Shown: positions 17,201 through 30,445 of the stretch, one piece after another
How the letters are laid out: every line of letters starts with the position of its first letter
How positions within the stretch are numbered: position 1 is the stretch's first letter
The notes under the pieces: generated by a model
What the model was told of the DNA's origin: nothing
The model's input: only the letters and a program-made list of their open reading frames with translations
Database searches by the model: none
Assembly: GCF_009914755.1 (NCBI RefSeq)
Contig: NC_060942.1
Length of the DNA stretch: 64,000 nt
Strand: one strand, 5' to 3'
DNA from: the human T2T-CHM13v2.0 reference genome, Homo sapiens
Translations under genes and position numbers: made by a program

Positions 17201-18030
17201 GGTTTAGGTATTTAAGCTAAAACTATAATTCAACTTCACAGCTTAAATATCTTTGACACAAATTCTAGTTTATTTGTATCAGTTAATCCATATAGCACAG
17301 CTACATTATGTATGAGAAGAGCCCTGTGGGCTGATCTACCTGCAATTTAAATGAACACATCCTTTGAAAAATATGTTCTCAATCCCTCAGTTCTCAAAAA
17401 ACTAAATTTAAAGAAAGTCTTTGGAATAAAGACCCACCATAAATCAGAGGTCCTGAATTTACAAACCTTCATGCTCCTGAAAGCCCACCCACTGAGCAAA
17501 CTTAGGCCATGTGTGGAAATCTTCTGTAAAGAATGTGAAATGTGCATTGAGTTCCAGATGAGTTACAGAGGGTTGACATTCTGCTCAGTGTCATCTAGCC
17601 AATTTTTAAATCAATTTTACGGGGTAAGAAACAATGTTTAAGTTATGTATGACACATCACAAAATAATTTTCTAATGAAAAAGCGCAGATGGTAAAAAAA
17701 TTATTTGAGAGCGTATTACATGAGTTAGTACAAAGATAACACACTGTAAACTTTACACTTGTGCTTTGCCTTTGTCAAATCTATGAGACAAGAAGAGGTT
17801 GTATTCTCATGCTGATTCCACCATGTAAGTATGTTCAGAGAAGTTATGAGAGATTCCCAAGCAGTCATAGCGATTTGGTTATGCTGTGATGCACATTTCA
17901 ATGTTATGAATCAAAGTCCAGTGTTCTTAGGTATCTATTGAAGCAACAATGGGGATGAGGAGAAGAGATCATGAAGAGCTGAGATAATTACAGACAACCC
18001 CAGATAATTTTGGCAGTGAAAATGAAATCG

Positions 18031-18184
18031 GATAGCATTAGGAGATATACCTAATGCTAAATGATGAGTTAGTGGGAGCAGCACACCAGCATGGCACATG
18101 TATACATATGTAACTAACCTGCATATTGTGCACATGTACCCTAAAACTTAAAGTATAATAATAATTTTTAAAAAAGAAAAAAAA
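18031..18184 (+). mobile_element. Heavily 5'-truncated young L1 (L1PA2/PA3-like 3' end, ~150 bp)
   Basis: gatagcattaggagatatacctaatgctaaatg...ccctaaaacttaaagtataataataa plus A tail; perfect 13-bp TSD gaaaatgaaatcg at 18018-18030 and 18185-18197. Confidence 0.92.
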
Positions 18185-19319
18185 GAAAATGAAATCGAAT
18201 GAGTAGACAAAAGCAGTCTAAAGAAGTACAAGTGAGGCTTTTGATAAATGGAAAATAGGTATGATGATCTGATTCTCTAAAAGAAATGTTAAGGGGAATG
18301 ATGGAGACTCTAGCAAAATTCAAACCTAGGAAGCAAATGATGGGAGCTATCATTAGAGCATCATATGTAACTGGCTACCCATGTTAAATCAGTGCTTAAC
18401 TCCAGCTCAACCAGACTTTGGGCTTTACTTCCATTACTTTTCCACATGACATAAAAAAGAAACAAACATTCTAAGACATCAAAATTAAAAGATAACTGTC
18501 AGGACTTTCAGTATAAGTTATGATAAACTAGACTAATCACTCCACCTTAAATAAATAGAAAAGTGGGGAAAATGAATGAAACAATTTTTTCAGCATTGAG
18601 AAATAGGAACTATAATTCATAAGAGTAGGGGAAAAATCAGGTAAGCAACATAATCACTGCAGTTTACTGTCTTGGAGCACTATCTAGACTGTAGCCCATA
18701 AGAAACAAATGGAAAAAGAGTTTTTTCAACAGAAACAGACTCCAAATGACTGAGATAATTAAATTATTATGCAAGGATTACAGAGAGAACGATCAATAAC
18801 CTTGAAGAAAAGTCAAATCAAAGTTTCCAAATTGAAGCACAGGAAGGAAAAGGGCTGGAAAAAAAAAAAACAGTCACAGTAATCTCTTGGATGAAAATGA
18901 GAAATTTATTATAAGTATGAAAAGAGTACCAGGAATAGAGGAATTCGGCAGAGAAAAAATTTGAATAAATAATTGATAAGATTTTTTCCAGATATGATGG
19001 AAAATATTAACCTATAGATTCAGGAACCTCAATGAACCTCAAGCAAGATAAACACAAAGAAAACCACCCAAATCACATCATAAACAAATTGTGTAAAACT
19101 AGTAATAAAGAAGAATAATCTTAAAGCCAGCCAAAAAAATATTTATGCTACACACCCAGAGGAACAAATATAGGAATTATTATTGACTTTCATCAGAAAC
19201 AATGCAGATCATAAAAGGATGGAAACATATGTTTACAGTACTAGGGTGGAGAGTGGGTTTATCAACTGAGAATTCTATATCCTCTAAAGTATTCTCCCAA
19301 TGAAAAGGATCAGTGCAAA

Positions 19320-19830
19320 ACATGCTAAAGGGAGTCCTTCAGGTCCCCAAAGAAGAAAGTAATGTAGGAAATGTTAGACAAAAATGCTATAAGACATATA
19401 GAAAACAAATAGCAAAATGACAGAAGCAAGTCCTTCCTTACCAGTAAGCCTTAACAAAGAAAGAAAATTCTGACATATGCTACAACATAGATGAACCTAG
19501 AAGACACTATGCTAAGTGAAATAAGCCAGCTAAAAAAAGGCAAATACTATATGATTACATTTATATAAGCTACTCAGAGTAGTCAAAATGACAGAGACAG
19601 AAAGTAGATGGTTATTGCCAAAGGTTGGGGGTAGAAGGGAATGAGAAGTAATTGTTTAATGGGTATGAAGTTTCAGTTTTGCAAGATGAAAAGAGTTCTG
19701 GAGATGGATGGGTAGTGATGGTTGCACAATAATATGAATGTACTTAGTACCACCCAAATGATTCACTTAAAAATAGTTAAGATGGTAAATATTCTGTTAT
19801 GTGTATTTCCCAACAATGAAAAATTGTAAA
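19320..19830 (+). mobile_element. L1MB2/3-like element with large internal deletions
   Basis: ORF1-end/inter-ORF piece (aagacatatagaaaacaaatagcaaaatg) joined directly to L1MB 3'UTR (gctacaacatagatgaacc...gttaagatggtaaat). Confidence 0.7.
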
Positions 19831-20770
19831 AAATGAAGGTAAGATAAACACATTTTTATAGAACAATTTTTAAAAAATTAATCACTAGAAGACTTTAATT
19901 ACCAAGGAAAGCAAGTTCTTCAGACGGAAAGGAAATGATACCAGATGAAAGCTCAGATCTGCACAAAGAAAAGAATGCCAAAAATAACAGATAATAAATG
20001 AGTACATATAAAAGACTTTAAATTTCCTTTAAAAAACATAAAAATGTTTTACAGGTTTGTGATATACGTGTAAGTAAAACGTATAACAACAATAACAAAG
20101 ATTTAAGGCAAGAATTCTAAGTATACTCTTGAAAGGCTCTGAAATCCTATGAGTAATAAAAGGTTAATTTAATATTTGAAAAATCAAGTAATGTGACATC
20201 ACATTTATGAAGGATAAAAATAATCATAATTCTTTTAATATAGCATAAAAGGCATTTAACTAAATTCAACACTCATTTATTGGATTTTTTTAATTAAACA
20301 AATTAGAAACCCAGTAAATCTTTCTTGGCCTAGTGAAGGGCAACTATAAAAAATTTTCAGGTAAGGTCATGCTTAATGGTGAAAGAGTGAATGCTTTCCT
20401 CTAAAGATCAAAACAAAGCAAGGGTGTCCACTCTTACCATTTCCATTCAGTATGGGAGATTTTTGTGTGTTCAATAAAGGAGAAAAAAAGAGAATAAAAA
20501 TTTTTAAAATAAAAGACATATAAATTAGAAAAGAAATAAAATTGTATTATTCACAGGAAACATGATTGTATATGTAGAAAATCCTAAATAATCTACCAAA
20601 ACTGTATTAGAACTGATAAATTAAATTAGAAAAGTCACAAGATTCAGGATCAATATTTAAATATCAACTGTATTTTTATTTACTAACAATAAATAATAGA
20701 AAAATGTAAGTTTTTAAAATTTTATTTACAATATCATCAAAACATATAAACTAACTAGGAATGAATTTAA

Positions 20771-21807
<1,037 letters not shown>

Positions 21808-22783
21808 AAGAACAGCTAAATAAATGGAAAGATATAACAATTTAAAGACTAGAAGAATCAATATTTTCATGTCAGTTCTCCCAAGGGGGCTACAAATTTA
21901 ATGCAATACAAACGCCAGCAGTCTTTATTGAGAAACCTGGCAGACAAGATGATTCTAAAATTCATATATAAATTTGAAGGACCCTGCACGGCCAAAACAA
22001 TTTTGAAATGTAAGAATAAAATTGCACTTTTATCTTATTTGAATTTGAAGTTTAATACAACACCTATGTAGTAATCAAGAAAACATGGTATTAGCATGAA
22101 GATAGATAACAAATCTTGAATTGGTAGTGGTTGCACTGGTGCGGGGGGGAGGGGGTCTGTCAAAGTGGTTCAAACTGAATACTTTAAATGGGTGCATTTA
22201 TTGTATGTAACTACATTTAGTAAAATTGATTTTAAAAAAGATAATTGTCATTAATAGGCAGGCTAAGAAAGGAGGTCTCTGAGGTATATGGGCAAAGGAA
22301 TATGATGTAGCATTTAAAAATATTTGATGAAAAGTCAATAAACAGAACTTTGCTAAAGTAGACAAACCTGCACAACTGATAATCAGCCAGAATTTTGTTA
22401 AAACAATACAACTGGAAGTAGTTTGCTCTATGACATTTTTATTCCCTGTTGCCTCGCTGTGGATTACTGACAACATAAATGTGTAAAAATAAAGACATTT
22501 GTTTTACCTTTCAAGACTTCATGAATTTCAGCTATTACAAAATTTCAGTGATGTCTTGTTTTTATGTAAGTCTGAGATTGTAGATATAAATTTGTCTTTT
22601 GAGTGGGGAAAGAGGGTAAAAAATAGATAAATACATTTTTTAAGATAAGCATATTTTATGTAAATGAGTTTTAGAATAAAACTTAGGAGCACAGAAATAA
22701 ATATAGAAATATCTCTAAAAAGCAAATATTTACCATTAAAAATAACCCTGATTCTGTCATAACTATCATTAAGACTAGAAACA

Positions 22784-23087
22784 GCTGGGTGCGGTGGTGC
22801 ACACCTGTAATCCCAGCACTTTGGGAGGCCAAGGCGGGTGGATCACGAGGTCAGGAGATTGAAACCATCCTGGCTAAAATGGTGAAACCCTGTCTCTGCT
22901 GAAAATACAAAAAATTAGCCAGGTGTGGTGGTGGTGCGCTCCTATAGTCTCAGCTACTCGGGAGGCTGAGGCAGGAGAATGGTGTGAACCTGGGCGGCGG
23001 AGCTTGTAGTGAGCCTAGATCACGCCTCTGCACTCCAGCCTGGGTGACAGAGCGAGACTCCATCTCAAAAGAGAACAACAACAAAAA
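22784..23087 (+). mobile_element. AluY-like SINE
   Basis: gatcacgaggtcaggagat...catcctggctaa, ggagaatggtgtgaacc, ggagcttgtagtg; 13-bp TSD aagactagaaaca at 22771-22783 and 23088-23100. Confidence 0.9.
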
Positions 23088-24062
23088 AAGACTAGAAACA
23101 ATGCATCTTACTTAAACAACACTTTAGAAGATTCCATCTAAGGCTAAAATTGTCCTCAAAATGAGAGGGGAAATCCATCACATTTTCATTGTTTTGAAAT
23201 GTTTTCAAAATAATATCTATATTTTCCACTTAAATTCTTTTATTTCTTTAGGTACCAAGCATTATTTAGTGACATGACCAATGTAATTTTAACAAAGATA
23301 TATAGCTTGGGGAAAGACACTGAAAGTTGCTCCGAAATGAGGGGAGAACTTTTTGCAATAAGTAACCGGAGGTGTTTTAACGTGGAATTCATGCTCCTAG
23401 TATTATTTCTAATAGGTTCGGATACATACAAAATAAATTAAAGCCTTAAATCATCAAGTTTATTTGTGACATGATATTAAATATAAGAGAAAGTTTCTTT
23501 AAAAGCAGAAAGTACCAAGGCATGAATCTACAAGGAGAGGCAGCATGAGAACTTTAATATATAGCAGCTATTATCAAGCTGTGTCCAATTCAAGAAAACA
23601 ATTTCCACAACTCAATGTACTTAGAATGCTTATTGTATGAATTGTCTGCTTAAGATATAAAGAGGATGATTATAGAGCTGCAGCCATGTTTTTAAATCTC
23701 TCAAGTCTCATGAAAAATTATTATGAGAAAAGAAAGAACAAATAGTAAATCATATCTCCTAAAGACAATGAAATTATACCAGAAAGATGTATTAACATAA
23801 CAGATAAAAATTGGAACTGTCTACTTCAAAACAGTCATTAAGAAAATAACATAAGGCATAAAGGAAAACATATATCAAAACTAGAAAATCTTATAAATGA
23901 ATTGAATAACTCGAGAGAAGTAGAAATAAAAGAAAAACCATTTTATAACCAAAGGTTAACCTAGAAGTAACATAAGAATAACAGATACCATTTTAAAAGA
24001 AATAGAATATAAACACTCAAGTCAAAAATAAATATCACAGTTTCCTCCCCAGGCCTTTGCAG

Positions 24063-24423
24063 GTACTGAGGGTGAACTATCAGGGCTGGGTCTCCCCATC
24101 CCCAAAGCAGCCAAACCTACTCTCCCATCCCAACCCCATTCCTGAATGCATAGGGTGTAAGACCTTCATTAGTGATGTGGACGCCTGCACTGTGGAAGAG
24201 CACTCCAAGCTATACTGTAGGCAATGTTACAACCAGACTATGGTGATGTCATCACCAAGCAGATCCTCACCAACATCCCTCACTCCCATCTGCCTTTCCA
24301 CAGTCACCCTAGTATCCACCTTAACCTCAGCACATGGCAAATATGACCTTTCAGTTTTCATCAGTCCATCTCAAGACCTCCTGGGCAGGGACACAGAGTG
24401 CTCCCACACGGTCTACTCCAGGG
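24063..24423 (+). pseudogene. LIMK1: LIMK1-derived retrocopy fragment (second LIM domain to start of PDZ)
   Basis: PECIGCKTFISDVDACTVEEHSKLYCRQCYNQTMV / (shifted frame) VITKQILTNIPHSHLP / TVTLVSTLTSAHGKYDLSVFISPSQDLLGRDTECSHTV aligns to recalled LIMK1 [89 protein letters not shown]. Confidence 0.85.
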
Positions 24424-24694
24424 AGAAGTGGCCAGCTTGCCAAGGGTGCAGGTGCCATGGCTGTGGCCATACATGCTCCAGGTGGAGCTAAGGGCCCACA
24501 GAGCATTTGGGTACAATCCTCTGGCAAACTGGTAGTTACCTTTTTATACGAATCTGAAAACCATTAGAAATACTGGATAACATAGTTTTAATCTGAAAAA
24601 AAGAACTTCTTTATCCCATAAATAATCCAACAAGTAAGAATAATAATCAATTCAGGAGTGAATGAAGGGAAAAAACACAGGGTTGTTAGCAGAA

Positions 24695-24805
24695 CTCTTT
24701 ATCTGGGTGACAAAATAAGGGGTACACCAAACTTCTGCAACATGCAATTTATATAACCAACCTGCACATGTACCCCTGAACCTAAAATACAAGTTAAAAA
24801 AAAAA
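24695..24805 (+). mobile_element. Short L1PA16/L1PB-like 3' terminus
   Basis: tctgggtgacaaaataa...aacctgcacatgtacccctgaacctaaaatacaagttaaaaaaaa. Confidence 0.7.
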
Positions 24806-24889
24806 CCTATGTACTTAATGTAATATTTAACTTCCTTTGATGATAAATTTAAGTATTGGATTTTTTTCTAGGTTAAATTATTTCTATAA

Positions 24890-25205
24890 TCAGAAAAGGA
24901 AAGAAGCCAAACATACCAGAGTACATATATAACTAATTCAATTTCTAAAAGTTCAGAGACAGGTAAAATTGCTCTTTAGTGAGAGAAGCTGGGATCCTGA
25001 TTGCCCTTGGTGGAGGTAAGGACTTGGAGAGAACACATGAGGAAGATCCTTGGGGCTGGTAAAATGTTCTGGTCCTTGATCTGGGTGCTGGCTATAGTAT
25101 TATATTGAGTTTTGGAAGATTCACTGATTTATGTACTTTTCTGTGTGTACATTATATTTTAATAAAAGATTTCAAATAAAATAGAATAAATATATGAATA
25201 AGTAA
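24890..25205 (+). mobile_element. L1ME 3'UTR fragment
   Basis: gaagccaaacatacc...ggggctggtaaaatgttctggtccttgatctgggtgctgg...tttatgtacttttctgtgtgt. Confidence 0.65.
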
Positions 25206-25289
25206 ATAAATAAAGACTTACCATAAAGCTATGGTGATCAGGAGGGTGTGGTGTTGCTGGAAAAATTGACAAGTAGATTAGTGGAACAG

Positions 25290-25437
25290 AGGCTGAGGTA
25301 GGAGGATGGCTTGAGACTGGGAAGTTGAGTGAGGCTGCAGTGAGCCCTGATTGCACCACTGCACTCTAGCCTAGGCAGCAGTGCAAGACCCTGTCTCAAA
25401 CAAACAAACAAACAAATCTATTAATTAAAAAAAAAAG
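25290..25437 (+). mobile_element. Alu right monomer (FRAM/AluJ-like)
   Basis: ggctgaggtaggaggatggcttgag...gaggctgcagtgagc...gaccctgtctcaaacaaac. Confidence 0.8.
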
Positions 25438-25439
25438 AC

Positions 25440-25925
25440 ATATAGCTGAAGAGGGAACTAATAGAAAACAAAATAGAGATTAAGGCATAGGAAGGACAGA
25501 GTGGGATCTAACAATCATCTATTTGAACTTTCAGAAAGAGAAGAGAGAGAAAATGGAGAAGAATCAATGTCTGACAATACAATGGCTAAGAACATCCCAG
25601 GACTGTTGAAAGACACTAATTCACAAATTCAAGCCCAGTAAATCTCAAATAGCAAAATAAAAAAGAGATCTACCCATGCACACATCTAGTGAAACCACAG
25701 TCCACCAAAAGCAAAAAAAAAAAGTTCATAAAAGTACCCATTAAAAACTACAGACTACCTTCAAAGAAAAAACAAAAAAACAATTAAACTGCTGTTTCTT
25801 AACAGAAACAATGGAAGTCTAAACCTGTAAAATAATACCTTCAATGCACTAGGAAAATAACCATCAACCTAAAATAGCATACCTGATGAAAATATCCTTT
25901 AAGAATGAGGATGAAATAAAGACAT
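25440..25925 (+). mobile_element. Old L1ME ORF1-region fragment (resumes ~26460-26600)
   Basis: agacactaattcacaaattcaag, aacagaaacaatggaag, aatatcctttaagaatgaggatgaaataaagacatt. Confidence 0.6.
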
Positions 25926-26430
25926 TGCATACATTAGTCAGGATTCTCCAGAGAAACTAAGGAATTGGCCCATGTGACTGTGGAGATTGGCATGTCCAAA
26001 ATTTGTAGGTTAGAGCAGCAGACTTAAGACCTAGAGAACAGCTGATGTTCCAGTTCAAATTGTAAGCAATCTAGAGGCAGAATTCTCTCTTCTTCAGGGG
26101 AGATCAGTCCTTTCTTTAAGGCATTTATGCCTAGTGCTCCACTATTGGAACGCTAAGCTTGTGGGATTTATTTATATCCTACTGCTCAAGGTCATTGCCA
26201 AGGTCTGATTTTTCACACAAAAAATTTGCAACCTCTGGCATAAACGGGTTAAGGCCTTCGACTGACTGGATAAGGCCACCCATATTATGGAGAGTAATCT
26301 GCTTTACTCAAAGTCCACTGATTTAAATGTTAATCTCATCTAAAAAAATCACTTCTCAGCAATATCCAGATGTGTTTGGCCAAATATCTGGGTGTCATGA
26401 CCTAGCCAAGTTGACACAGAAAATTAAACA
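25926..26430 (-). mobile_element. MLT2 (ERVL) solo LTR, interrupted by MER85
   Basis: attagtcaggattctccagagaaac...aaggaattggc ... aatctgctttactcaaagtccactgatttaaatgttaatctcatc...ccaagttgacacagaaaattaa. Confidence 0.8.
26120..26248 (+). mobile_element. MER85 piggyBac (PGBD3-derived) MITE
   Basis: catttatgcctagtgctccactattggaacgctaagc...tatcctactgctcaaggtcattgccaaggtctgat...ggcataaacggg; TTAA on both sides (26116-26119, 26249-26252). Confidence 0.9.
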
Positions 26431-27269
26431 TTTAATTTATAAACACATTTATAAAATAATAGACATATTTAGGCAGACAAAACCAAGAAGCCGATCACAT
26501 GAGACCACCACTAAATGATGTTTGAAAGGATGTACTTCAGAACAAAGGAAAATTCTCTCCCACTCAGAAAAAAAAAAAAAAAGATTTGGGATATAAGAAG
26601 CAGTGAAAATTAGTGAGCTAAACCATTGTTTTTTTGTCTAAATAATTAGAAAGTTAGACATCTTGAAATGTACCAAACCCTGAAGGGATATTACTTATTT
26701 TTAAGTGGAATGGTGAAGAGTTTCCATAAATAAAAAATCAAATATACTTTTTAATTTTGGTCTTTGCTTTACTTACTGATACATGTGGTTGATTCAAATC
26801 TTTTAAAAACTTGAAATACTTCATCTTTTGCTTTGCATTCTTCACTACCCCAAACCAAGTAAATAATACTTTTGTAACATTTATGAGTATGATAATTTCC
26901 ACCTGCTCTCTGACTTTTTGTTAAAAGAGGGGGAGGAGCTGGTTTTACTCCTGGGAAATTAACAGGAAATGTTCATGAACAAAATTGCTAAAGCAATTAT
27001 TGCTGGTTTGCCTGGCCGACTAATGGTAGCAATCAATAGCTGGCTTTGTGGAATATATCTCCATGGGCTAAGGAGAAGGAGTGAGTAGTGGCCTAGCTTG
27101 TTTCCTTCTTTGCTGATTTCCATCTTTAGCAGCTCACAGCATTAAAACACCTGGTTCAAAGGGAAAATATTACTATTTCATTCACCAAACAAATAGTTGT
27201 ACTTATTGAAAATTTTGGTGGGTAGTAGGTGACAGATGAGGAATTCTTTTATTTATTTATTTATTAAGG

Positions 27270-27334
27270 AGCTATTTTTTAATTTTTGTGGGTACAAAGT
27301 CAGTGTATGTATTATGGGTTACGTGAGATATTTC
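27270..27334 (-). mobile_element. L1MA2-like 3' terminus (left piece, split by the ATAD1 retrocopy)
   Basis: tttttaatttttgtgggtac...attatgggttacgtgagatatttc continues seamlessly at 30446 (gagatatttcaaaacaggcatgcaatg). Confidence 0.8.
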
Positions 27335-28970
27335 TTTTTTTTAAAGAGGGACCCCTTTGTTACACATTTATAAAATAATAGTGTAATATAGTTATTAAAA
27401 ATGGGACAATTTTTTTCATTTTTTTCTTGTATTCAATTATTCCATCCTCTTCACAGTCTTCCACAACTTGCTTTTGTTATCCACAGTGTTCACCTGAAAC
27501 TTCCACCCCACCATTCAAAGCACAACTGAAGAATAAATGATCTAATAGATTCTTGTGAGACATTATCAAATAAATTAATCCAGTAACACATGAATAAAGA
27601 TTGAGAGTTTTTAAAGAAATACAGTAAAACAAAACATACGAAGCATAATTTAATCTGATGATTCAGAAGGCACCTCAAGATTGTTGTTCCATTTTCCTCA
27701 TGCTGCGTGTTTAAGTGCCTGTAACAGAATTCTGGTTAGTAAAATTTTGAACAAGAAAAATTTCACATATAATTCACATCAAATGATAGACACAATATGG
27801 GCATTTTGATGTGTACGTTTGTACTTGACCAGGGAACAATTTATAATATACTAAGAAAACTTTAAAAATTAATTACAAAATGAGTATTTTTAGCACACTT
27901 AGTAACAGCTACTTGTTTTAAACTATTATTTCATTTTTGGTGACCAAATTATGTTGGAGCATAATTAAAGAACATATAACCTTAAAATAATATTTAAGAA
28001 ACGTAGTTACAACAGACATATGTTACATTAAATGAAGAAAGGAAAGAAATGTACGTGTATTAAAGCGGACTGAGGTTTTTCAAACCCATTCTTTTGAAAG
28101 GCCTTTTAATCCACTTTCACGTAAATCAATTTAAACTGAAAAAAAGTTTTTACTCAGTATGCTTACAGAAAGAGGTGAAATCAGTGTTGACTGACATGAC
28201 TGTCTAACAACCATTCAATGCTGATCACTGACCTGGTATTTTTATTTGATTATCCTGACAAATCTAATAATTGAGCCCGTGTATATATATGCAAGATGTA
28301 TATATGCAAGGTGGAGGATCCAATTAATCAACTGCAGAAAGAAAAACACTCAACTTAAAAAAGGTTGAAACAAATGACAAATGGAAATGGTTGAATCACT
28401 GTACCTTTTTGACACAATCTTAAATCTTAGTTTTACTGTATATTATTCGGTACTTCTGGATTCAGTAGTTAGGATAAAAAAAATTTCTGTATTCAAACAT
28501 ATCTACAGAATGTCCATATAAAATGTGTGGATATATACATTTAATATACACACATATGTGCACACACACAAACACATACTCACATGTCAAGGAAACAGTG
28601 CCTAACCACATCCCTATTTCTCACTAATGACCCAATGAATCATTCATGACTGTAAGAGCAGCTTAGATTCTATAAGGCTGTACGACATATGGCTAAAGAG
28701 CTCAAACACAAGCACCCACGTTCATGCTGGATTAAATTGTTCCTCCTCATGATTTCTGACAAACAGTAATGCCACTTATATAACAACTGTATCTCAACAA
28801 CTTAGAATTCAGAGTACAAAACCATAAACACTGAACTCCCTCATTGTTTAAAGAGCACTCTTTCCATTCTACTTCCACTAACGGATAAGAGGACACACCA
28901 AACTAGATCAGTGAACTGTGCAAATGATCTTCACTCTTAATCTAAACAAACCTGTGTTAAAACATTCTGA

Positions 28971-29034
28971 AATGCTGCATCCTTTGATTTCTTAATTTTT
29001 TCAATGCTGCATCCTTCGATTTCTTAATCTTTTC
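28971..29034. repeat. 32-bp tandem duplication in the ATAD1 pseudogene C-terminal coding region
   Basis: aatgctgcatcctttgatttcttaattttttc followed by aatgctgcatccttcgatttcttaatcttttc. Confidence 0.9.
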
Positions 29035-29816
29035 AATTGCCCGATGCAGGTCCTGCTGTTGAACAGGCCGAATTTCATCTTCATCATGGCTTTCTTCTGA
29101 TGTAGAATTAACATTCTCTAACACAGAGGAGGGCAGCATCTCAACACATCGCATTTAGGTCCCTTCCTGAAAACGCATCAGTTTCCTGGGCAACTTCTAG
29201 CAGGTCTACATGCCTATCCACATTTTCATTTTTCAAGATGAGTTTCAGGATTGCTTCTTTCTGTTTTAAAGCAGGCTGGTTGATGTGAAATCTTGTAGGA
29301 ATTCTTCTCGTTATAGCCGTGTCAATGTCCTGAGGATGAATGGTAGCTCCCATTACTATGACCTGGCAGCGGTGATCAGTGTCCAGTCCATCCCAGAGAC
29401 TCATAAACTGAGCTTTCATTATGGCTGTAGCTTCATGGTCAGAACTCTGAACGGTTTCGTACAAAGGAGTCTATTTCGTCTATAATGATGATGGACAGTT
29501 GTAGCTTTATGGCAAGGGAGAAGACAGCAGCAGCCAGTGTTTGAGATTCTCCATACCACTTATTGGTCAGTGTCGAAGGCTCAAGGTTAATAAATCGACA
29601 GCCTGCTTCTTTGGCTGTGGCCTTGGCAATCAACGTTTTACCACAGCCTGGGGAGGCTCATAGAGAAGAACACCTTTTGGAGGCTGCAGAAGCCTGGAAT
29701 TCTCAAACAAATGTTTCTTTTTGATAGGTAAGATGACTGTCTTTCAGATCCGTAATGACCTCATCTAAACCTGCTATATCACTTCCAAGTAACATGCATA
29801 TTAAGAGGGTCTACTA

Positions 29817-30152
<336 letters not shown>

Positions 30153-30445
30153 TCATATTCTGAGAGCTTCACGTTTTTCACACCAATTAGCTTCATTAGT
30201 TTTTCTGCCTGTTTCTGAGCTTCTGCTTTTTGCTTTCTGATTGGATCAATTGCATCTACCATCCATTTGATACTAAAGTATGTTACTGAACCAAATATTG
30301 TCAAATGGAAAATTAAACCAACAACTTCATTGTGACTCAAAGGATGAGAAAAGGCATCAGCATGTACCATCTTGATTGTTAACCCAGGAGCAGAAACAAC
30401 GGGAGCAAGTGCCCTCAGCTGGCCTCGCACAGGAAGGAAATACAG

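Noticed and set aside
24057-24491. 144-aa Cys-rich ORF as a functional LIM protein gene
   Set aside because: Starts at TTG, has an incomplete LIM domain and an internally frameshifted segment relative to LIMK1; treated as a pseudogene fragment.
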